A program made the translations under genes and the position numbers. A stretch of DNA of 64,000 nt, counting the filler, from Paramecium tetraurelia (lineage: Eukaryota), in NCBI GenBank assembly GCA_000165425.1. It is 6 parts of 6 records of this genome, joined end to end, with 100 filler letters (N's around TTAATTAATTAA, not from the genome) between each part and the next. Parts side by side here need not be neighbours in the genome. Positions count along the whole stretch, not along the records: positions 47,883 to 59,829 come from CT868091.1; positions 59,930 to 61,484 come from CT868092.1; positions 61,585 to 62,896 come from CT868097.1; positions 62,997 to 64,000 come from CT868177.1; 2 more parts are not named here. The stretch is one strand, 5' to 3'. Under the pieces are notes generated by a model. That model did no database searches. It was not told the DNA's origin and saw nothing but the letters and a program-made list of their open reading frames with translations. Positions 54,801 to 64,000 of this stretch are shown one piece after another (positions within the stretch are counted from its first letter, which is position 1; every line of letters starts with the position of its first letter).

Positions 54801-55800
54801 CATGTGCTAATTAGGAGAATTCTATATTTATTCTGGATGTCAAATATGTCAGCCCCAATAGGGGTTCTATTTTGTAACATATAAAGCACTAAAATGTTCT
54901 ATTTCTGTTAAGAATAATTTGATGCCATTACTTCTAATAAAATTAAACTCAAAGCCAGGTTTCGGAGGCATAATTAAATTTCAGATTATATAGAATTATG
55001 CTTTAAAAATCCAACATACTTTTAAGGATTGTCATTTGGAAATGACATTTGTACTGATGACACATTAGAGGATTGTGAGAAGAGTGTGATCGATATGATA
55101 TAAGAGGGATCATTCTTTAAAAATTAGAAGCAATTAGAAGGTAAATAATGTTAATAAATTTCGAGGTTGTTATTAACCTTTTTTTTAATTTCAATTTGGT
55201 AATCTCTAACCATCATTGTAGCACTTGAAATATTATTCAAATATAAACTCTGCTGTTTTACCATTCTTTAGTTAAGCATTATTTTAAGCAGGCTAGTTAT
55301 ATTTCTTTAGATTTTGTAGATAAATTATCACTTCATCAAAAATTTTCATAAAACTTTTATTTTGTCAAGGGAAATAGTTTTTACTGGTAAGTTAATCAAG
55401 TGGCATAGGGTCACAGTCAATGCACAACTTATATTTATAAATTATCAATATCATTTCATTACCAATTATTGTCTTAATAGAATATGAAATCCCTTTCACT
55501 AGAGATCTTTCGAAGCATTTAAGAATCCATTTTACAATGCATCAAAGATTAAAGAGAGCTTTATCTGGTATTTAAACTTATAGAATCAATTTTCTTAACT
55601 CTTTCCAAATGTTTGCACATTTTTAGGAGCTGACATAAATATTTTACCAAAACTATTAGTAAATTTTATCTTTACTGACCTTATCTTTTATTTATTTTTG
55701 GAACTATAAAGATAAAAAGGGAATAAATTTGTTTTATAGATTAATTTCGATGCTTAAATTGATGGGATTGTCCCAGTTTAATGCATAATCGTATGAAAAA
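51861..55800 (+). pseudogene. Heavily decayed Cys-rich surface/membrane protein gene
   Basis: Cys-repeat fragments in shifting frames followed by hydrophobic fragments near 54500-55700; many TGA. Confidence 0.3.
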
Positions 55801-56979
55801 TTTTATAAAAAATATAACCATTTCTTTTATATTGCAATGATCCCATTTAATCTTATAATATGAGAAAAAATTTAAGGAATACTTCAAACTTATAGAAATC
55901 ATATTTATTATAAAACTAGGATTAAGTCTATTTAAGAATCTTGAATATCATTTGAAACTTGATTTGTACATGTTTTCTTTTGATTGTCATTCATTAAATA
56001 ATCATTATCATTTATTGTCCGAAACATGTTGTAGTTGTTGTCGACTCACTCTAATTATCGTTGTTGGATAATATGGTTTTGTTTTCTTTTTTCTTAATAA
56101 AGCGCTTTTTCATGATCATATTATCAATTTATAAGAATAGAGGATGATAGTCTTGTGAGATAAAGTTGCATAGATAAATCCAGTATATTGATATTGTCCG
56201 ATTTATAGATATTCAAATTGGAGACAAGTGAAGTTCTAAATATTATAGATTAGTAACCAAAATACATGTGAAACCAATAATTGGAAAGGCAAGGTAAAGT
56301 GCATAATCTGATCATTTTTAGAACTACTCTAATTTTAGAGAACAAACAATGGATATAAATCATAGTTTGGCTAAGAGATCTTTAAAAAGATTTGAGTCAT
56401 GATGTAATTATCTGTGAATTTTAATCATGCCTTTTTTTATTTTGATATATTATTATTTTCCTTCTTAAAGTAGTCATATTTATGGTTTAGTTTAACAAAT
56501 GATGAATATTTTAAATATTTATGTACACATGAATAAAGAAAACTTTCCATTAATAAGACATGTATTTTTTAATTGTAAATTTTCATCAACATAATGAAGC
56601 TTCTTCCCCTATAAATATTTATGATTCCAAAAGGTGGATTATTCCAAAAATAACTGTTAAGAATTAGTGAGTATATGAACAATTTTTTTATATATCATTA
56701 TTAACACACTACGATAATTAATTCTTACGAAATAATGAAAATCGTTTTTAAAGTATATACATAATGTTTTCTATTTTTTTTTAAGAGACATAAATTGTTA
56801 ACAATTAGCCACCCAATATGCTATGTCCTCCTCTAAATTAAAATGTTTTAGGATTATTGATATTGGTTGAGTATTTAACCTACCAATAAATTAAAAGTCT
56901 TTAATAATTATTATGATTAGAAAGGAAATTCAGTTTTTATTATTGATACTCCAACTAGTTGATGGATTTAGGAGATTCA

Positions 56980-59560
56980 GGGTTGATTTTGATACGACTG
57001 GCTTCGCAGTTAGATGTCCAGGAAGACATTATCATGCACCTGGAATGCATCCTCATCCTTGTGTTTGTAATCTAATAATTTGGATTTAGTCTATTCATCT
57101 TTTTGTAAGTCAGTCACCTAGCCGAAAGTGATCATATATTTTGGAAGTGAAAAGCTTCGCCATCCCAGACTTCAAGTATATCCTACTATGAGTGATGTGT
57201 ATCTTTCTTAAGTAAAACTCTGTTAAGAAAACTCTGTAATTTACAATTATTCAGAGGATATTGATTTAACCAATTCATGTGAATTTGTCTCTAACTAATG
57301 CTAAATAGCCTAAATGTCTGGAAACAAACTTAAATGCTAATATTGTTCATAAATTTTAGAAGGTAAACATTGTTGGCCAAAAGGTGGTTTTATTTAAGTT
57401 TGTGGAACTTATTGTGAAAGTTGTGTATCAAATTATTTTGGAACATGTAAGGATGGGTATTCTCTATCTAGCAGTACAGATTTAAAATGTCGTTTAGGTA
57501 AATATATATTAGATATACATGCCTGCTAACCAAAACATTCGAGCTGTTCATATGAATATGGTATATACTCATTTTATGGGTGTAGAAAAGGCTACGAGAT
57601 GGTTGGCAATAAATGTGTAGGCATAAATAATGTAAAGTATTGAAGTATGCCCGTTAAATTGTACTTAATGTGTTACTGTAGTTTGCACGGTATGTGAATT
57701 TCAGTATTCTTTAAAAGACGGTTTATGCTTTCGAGATATAAATTGCATTAGATTTGATTATAATTATGATCCTAATACTGGATTAGCCATTGGGATAACT
57801 TGTTAATAATGTGACTTCAGATATTTTTATAATCCAAATCAGCAAAAATGCACTCGTAATATAATTTAATTATTTTAAGTCTGTAATGAGCAGCCTGATT
57901 TGAATTGTTGTTTGATTTGTTTTAAAGCGACAGAATGCAAGATTTGCCAGGGAACATACGTAATAACTGCTGATAAGAAATGCACACCATTTCTTGGTTG
58001 CTCCCCAAACTGTTAAACCTGCCTTTATACTGATCCTGATTACTGTACAACTTGCTATTTGAGCGAAAATTTCAAAGTTCATAAATTGTACCTGGAAAAT
58101 GTGTTTGCGATTATCCAAATGGTTATATCGATAAGGATGGTGAATGCGCAAAATGTACAGATGGGTCATGCTAAACTTGTGATAAAGATTATTATAATGC
58201 ACATCTTGTAAACCAATAACAAATAGAATGGTTATAGATACTCAATACGTTTGTAAACAAGGATATTACGAGACAGGTTTGGAAAATCAAATATGCAAAA
58301 GTATATTTAAATCTTAATTAGAATGCTATGAATATTATTATAATTGTAAGGACCTGAGATTGATGATTGTACAGAATGCGGAGATCAGAGTATCTATCAT
58401 AAATACTTTGAAAATGGATAATATTTTTGCGAAGAAGGAAAATAGTTAATTTTTTTTTGTTACCTGATCAAAATAGCACTTGCACATGTAATTTTATTAA
58501 TCATTTAATTATTTATCATCCTAGATGCTAAAAATGTACTAAGCGAGTTGATGATTCAACAAATTAATATTGTACTATGTGCATCTAAGGCCAACATAGA
58601 GAAGTATCTTACCTTAGCAAATGTGTTTGTTAAGCTGGATATGGAAGTGATGGAATCATAGATATTTGCGTTAGTATTTAATTTGAATATAATAATAGAG
58701 TGTCATTATATATGTACGACTTGTAACGGACCACTTGAAACTGATTGTACGTCTTGCTCCACTCTTGCCCATAGATTATTGACAAATAGCCATAAATGTT
58801 CTTGCAAGTCACCCTATTATGATTCTGGTTTAGAGGATAGAATTTGTTAATGTAAACTCTATTTTTCTATTTTATATTAGTTTCTTTTCATCATTCTTGT
58901 TCTAATTGTACTGTTAATGGCAAAGATAAATGAACTTCATGTCCTTCAACAAGGTATCCTGTTTAATCTGGATCTACGTTCTAATGTCTTTGCAAAGATT
59001 CAAATCATTATAGTGATCCACTCTTTTTAGAATGTTAGCCATGCCATCTAACACGCAAAACTTGTAAAGGCATTTTAGAAACTGATTGTCTAACTTGCGA
59101 TACTACTTATAGAGAATTGGTTATTTCAAAATGTGATTGTTATCCTGGTTTTTACAGTACAGGCAGCATTTAGTGTTCATGTGATTTATTAATTCTTACT
59201 AATAGAGTGTCATTATACCTGTCGATCATTTTTTTCTTCGGATGAGGATGGTTGTATCACTTGTTCTTCAGAAAAAAACAGAGTTATGAAAGCAAATAAA
59301 TGTGTCTGCATGAATAATACAATGTTATAATCAAATACCGATTCAATGTTTTAAAGTTAATTTTCCATCTTAACTTAGAATGCTCATATCGTTGTTCGTC
59401 TTGCGCTATAAAGCCTTAGAATTGCACAACATGTCCTGAGTATTCGGAGCGTGACTTAGGGACTGATTATTCTTGTTAATGTACAACTTATTTTTATGAT
59501 TAACCTAACAATCCCATTTGCATAAGTATATTTTAAATGTACAGAATGCACAACTGGATC
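56980..59560 (+). pseudogene. Furin-like Cys-rich repeat surface protein gene, partly degenerate
   Basis: Exon ECHYICTTCNGPLETDCTSCSTLAHRLLTNSHKCSCKSPYYDSGLEDRICQ (58699-58851) is flanked by short introns. Similar exons repeat, several with Cys loss or TGA (e.g. 58931). Confidence 0.75.
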
Positions 59561-59829
59561 CACTTATTATGCTACCATTCATTTGAAACAAATCTAGACA
59601 CTGCAAAGTTTGCGATTCTATTCAGTTGTATGCTGACTTTATCAGTTTTAAAAACTAACTTAGAACAACTGTAAAATTGAAATGAGAAACTACAAAAAGG
59701 TATATAATTTATCGGCATAAACTAATGCAGGCAATGTGTTAATTTTTGAATATTCAGCAGCTGCAGCTATCTTTTTGTGCCCTACTTTACAATCTAAAAG
59801 CCATGCTGTTCCCCCCGCTGGATCCTGCG

Positions 59830-59929
59830 NNNNNNNNNNNNNNNNNNNNNNNNNNNNNNNNNNNNNNNNNNNNTTAATTAATTAANNNNNNNNNNNNNNN
59901 NNNNNNNNNNNNNNNNNNNNNNNNNNNNN
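59830..59929. other. Artificial scaffold-joining spacer
   Basis: 44N + TTAATTAATTAA (59874-59885) + 44N. Confidence 0.97.
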
Positions 59930-61484
59930 CACAAGGTGTCTAGCTGAAAGAGCCGATAAAGAAAACATGCATGCTCAAAATGAAGCTACTGAGATGATAT
60001 AAAGCATGAAAACTTATTCTTTAAACTTTCAATGGAAGAAAATGTGCTTAGATTAACTAATTTAAAATAATTATCATCATCAATAAAATAATTCAAAATC
60101 TAAATCAAATCAGAACTTGGAAAATTGCTTCAATTAATTGATCAATAAATGGAATAAATCCAAATCGAAATTGAAACAAAAGAATCAAAGTTAGAAATCA
60201 AAAATTACGACGAGGAAATTCAAATTCTATCGAAAAATCATATAGGAAATTTTAATTACAATATACCAAAACCACAAACTTACAAGGAAAAAGACTTAGC
60301 TCTTATTTAATTAATCCAGGAATCAATTGAATCTTAGTCCAAATCATAAAATTTTATCTAAATTATGGAATCCATAAATTTAATAAGATCTAGTGAATCA
60401 ATTAATCAATAAGCAAGTATTAACCAAATACCTACAAAAGAATTTGATTAACATGTAATTTATGCTAATAATATTAGAAAACTCCTTGTCTTAATTAGAT
60501 ATGTAATAAGCATAACAAAGAAATAATTATGATAAATATTAATTATAACGAACCTAAATTTGGTCGATTAGCTTGTGTGGAATGTATTCAAGAAAATCCG
60601 ATATAATACGTTAGCTTAAAAGAGGCGAATAACATGTGGAATACCTTTATTGGATAATCAGAAGATTTAATTTCTAAACATAATTGTAGAAGAGAATAAA
60701 TGTTTAAATAGGTAATAGAAGAAATTAAATAACTAAAAGATAATTATAACCACTCATTATCAGAAATGTTATCTTCTATAGATGAACAGTTTGCAAAAAA
60801 TAATTAAGAGATTTAAGATTTCCTTAAATAAGAGAATAAATAAATATTTGAATTAGATGAAAAATCAGTTGAAATGATGATTGACTTATTAAGCTAATAA
60901 GATAAAAATAAACATATACTTTAGCAATAAGATAAACAAGATAGACTTGATTAATTATTTTATCAGAATGTCAAATCAAAATTAGAAACCCTTATCAAAC
61001 ATGATTTACTTTGCAAATAGTAATTGATGGTGATTTTATAAGAATAGCAAAGTATATTAATTTTAATTATTTTAGATACTAAAAACATAGGAAATAATGT
61101 TCAAACTGATATTAAAATTAGTCCTGAAATAAATGAATTTATGTCTAAATGTTAACTTCAGGAATAATACTTAAAAATATTTACTGAATCAGCTAATTTT
61201 AAAAAAGAATTATAGAAAGAAGCGTCTCAACTTGAGTAAAATGGCGTTCTTTAATAATATATTGTATTGGAAGAAAAAAATGATACTGAAGATTCTAAAT
61301 GTAATATATTTAAATAAAAATATAAATAATATGAAATAAATACAGAAAAAATGAGGAAATTGATAGAAGATGATGAAAATGAGAAATAATTAATGTTGAT
61401 TAAAAAATAAAAAGAAGATTTGAAAATAAAAATTGATGGGGTAAAGTAAGAAATTAAAAAAATTTAAGAAAAAATTGTTGAGTT
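59930..61484 (+). CDS. Partial gene, homolog of the 6460-9158 Cys/His-motif coiled-coil protein
   Basis: ICNKHNKEIIMININYNEPKFGRLACVECIQENPIQY matches VCLNHKKEIIMID...RFVCVDCIFENPLIKY; long Q/E/K coiled coils; both ends truncated. Confidence 0.75.
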
Positions 61485-61584
61485 NNNNNNNNNNNNNNNN
61501 NNNNNNNNNNNNNNNNNNNNNNNNNNNNTTAATTAATTAANNNNNNNNNNNNNNNNNNNNNNNNNNNNNNNNNNNNNNNNNNNN
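61485..61584. other. Artificial scaffold-joining spacer
   Basis: 44N + TTAATTAATTAA (61529-61540) + 44N. Confidence 0.97.
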
Positions 61585-61969
61585 ATCCCAATATCCTGAC
61601 CTCACATTCATCCTAGACTCTTCAAATGCTTATAACTAAGCTTAACTATTCATTTCTTTATCCTACTCTATACCCTTAAACTAAGAATATACAATAATAA
61701 GCTCTAACTTCAGTTAAAATTTCTTCCTACCTTGTTGTTAAGGTATCCTTTTCTTCTATAAATAGATAAAAATGGGTATTTTGACTAAAGGGAGAGTTTT
61801 TTTAATTATATATATTTGCTCTTTGTGCTTCCTATTTTTCTGAATTAAAAAGATATAAAATGTATAGAAAATCATTTTGATTTATTTGATGACAAAACAA
61901 AATAGAGAATTAATTATTTTATTCTCAAATCCTATTCAGTGATTGTATAAAAAAAGAGGTGAAACTTTT

Positions 61970-62896
61970 TATGCAGTGAAAGCATGAAAAATTTGACTAA
62001 ATATTAAAATCGATCGAGAGATGAACTTAATAAGTTGAGCTCAAACTCAATAATTAAATTAGATTAAATTTTAGGACACTTAAACAATTTGAATGATCAA
62101 TTCTCCAGAGAATAATTAATAATGTTAAAAACCTAATTCATGAATAAATGAAGAAAATAATATCTGATTACAAACCAACTTAAAGCAGGAGTAAGAAGAT
62201 GAGAAGAATTCTGACAAGAAAGAGAAATGATGCAAACTGGAGGAAAACTAGAAAGATCAAATTTGGAAGGTCCAATTAATATGAAGAAGGAATTGAGCCG
62301 AAGAAGCAAGTAGGGAGGCAGAATATAATTCTGGAGCAGGATACTTCCAGACCCATTACAAGGAAATAATGTGTATTAAGAAGATAAAGACAGTAGCTGA
62401 AGTGGCGATAATGTTACAGAGATATTTGATTAAATTTATGGAATGGAGTTTCAAATCAACATTGAAATGAAGTGCTCAATCTTAACTATTTAAACCCAAA
62501 AAAGTTGAGTTTGTTGGTAAATTTGAGACATAATTACAAAGGGAAGTATAAAATACCAATTCGAAACAACCAGAAAATAATTAATGTAGAGATTATCCTT
62601 CTTATCAATGATAAGGAAGATACTAACCTATAGACTTCTAATTTAATTATGGATATTTATGTACCACCTCTAAAAATATTGCAACCTTTCAATTGGATAT
62701 AAAAGTAAATCACAATAATCTATGACTTATAATCAACAGAAGTTCTTTTAGAGCAACTTTAGGAATAAACAAGATCTTCCAAAAATGATAATAAACAACC
62801 TGAGAGGAAAACTAGAGCTCGAATTTAAAGATAATGAGTCTTTAAGGAAATAGATAAAAATAGAAATATTCAGAAGGCACTTTTACTGGTAATATA
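61970..62896 (+). mobile_element. Degenerate non-LTR retrotransposon relic (basic ORF1-like tract followed by APE-like endonuclease start)
   Basis: Ordered motifs IKFMEWS (62429), VEFVGKFETQL (62504), IILLIN (62592) and LIMDIYVPP (~62643-62669) resemble APE motifs; interrupted by a TGA and a frameshift. Confidence 0.45.
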
Positions 62897-62996
62897 NNNN
62901 NNNNNNNNNNNNNNNNNNNNNNNNNNNNNNNNNNNNNNNNTTAATTAATTAANNNNNNNNNNNNNNNNNNNNNNNNNNNNNNNNNNNNNNNNNNNN
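62897..62996. other. Artificial scaffold-joining spacer
   Basis: 44N + TTAATTAATTAA (62941-62952) + 44N. Confidence 0.97.
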
Positions 62997-62999
62997 CTT

Positions 63000-64000
63000 G
63001 TGAGGCAAACCTTTATCAATATTGATATCAATGGCATTTTGAAATTTAAATGTTAGTTTAAAAGACTACTTTTTTACAAAGATATATTATTGTAATAGTA
63101 TATCTTTGTAGAAGAATACCATGATAGAAATTAGCTCGACTTTATTCTTCACCTTAGAATTCAATAACCTTTTTCTTACCCTCGCGATACTAATATATTA
63201 AGACCAGTCTTATGTCATTAATTAAATGTTCTGTTGTTTCTTCTCTTATAAAAGGGATCAAGGTAGTCAATCTGACTTTGTTGTAACAACACATGATGTA
63301 ATTAATCGATGTCATCCTTGATCAGATGATAGGACCTCTTTGCCGGACCTAGAACCTAAGGTTTGTTATCTGGGAACTAGTTCCATCTGTATAACTCGGC
63401 TTCTATAATCCCTGGCAATATTTAGATATATCCTTCCTTACTAATTCTGATTGCGTTTTCTGTTAAAAACTGATTATTCGGAAAACGTCTAATTAAACAT
63501 CGTTTTTCCTCTGCCTACTTATTGATTCAGGTCTTGGTGTAATTATTAAAGGGGCCCTTATCATAGAGTATTTGGCCTACTTTCCATTAACTTCCGTTTC
63601 TATTTCACATTCTTTCATCTTCACCTTAAGAAGTTCTTTCAGCCAAACGATCTCTCTTTCTTTTCCATTCAGTATGCCATCATCCTCTTAAATAGGAGAT
63701 AGGATTCATTCTCCTCCTATTTTGGTGTAGACCCTCCAACAAATAATGTTTTTAAAAGCAGGGTCCTCCATATCCTCTCTCCATGACAAGGTACCTAATT
63801 TATTATATAATAAACTACTATACAACAGTTTCTTATATGGTAATATTTGAGATCCTTTATCTAGCAATTTCTTTATCAATGTTAAGATAATTAGACTTTT
63901 GAAATCTATCCAATCAATCAAATTGATTCGGACCTTCAACAGATCTTTTTCTCTTTCAATCTTTTTACTTTCATTCTTATGTGATGATGCTGCCTTTCTC
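63000..64000 (-). pseudogene. Relatively GC-rich intronless degenerate ORF of unknown type
   Basis: One frame runs ~225 codons from 63999 to ~63322 with a single internal TGA at 63706-63708. Confidence 0.35.

Noticed and set aside
1..64000. Telomeric C4A2/C3A3 repeats or rRNA genes
   Set aside because: None seen on manual reading.

Overview
This is AT-rich ciliate DNA, most likely Paramecium. TAA/TAG read as Gln, TGA is the only stop, and GT..AG introns are 21-29 nt, so the supplied standard-code ORF track is largely misleading. The window is not one locus. Five artificial 100-bp spacers (44 N + TTAATTAATTAA + 44 N) join six separate pieces: 1-23992, 24093-47782, 47883-59829, 59930-61484, 61585-62896 and 62997-64000. 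Piece 2 is the most structured. It holds a repeated cassette of [signal-peptide, Cys-rich, multi-pass membrane gene A] + [divergent tRNA-Ser] + [intronless ~255-aa ORF B]. There are three tandem copies and a fourth inverted copy, which flanks a 6-kb spacer with a cytochrome P450 relic, a Bax-inhibitor-1/TMBIM gene and a secretory FKBP. The cassette copies show a tRNA anticodon switch (UGA vs AGA), mosaic N-termini suggesting gene conversion, and a 1-to-7 internal repeat expansion. The other pieces are rich in decayed genes. They include Cys/His-motif + coiled-coil genes ending in SPRY-like or TPR modules (one with seven consecutive 102-bp exons), degenerate Cys-rich surface-protein genes, and a probable non-LTR retrotransposon APE endonuclease relic. 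All calls come from manual reading; no searches were run, and pseudogene boundaries are approximate.
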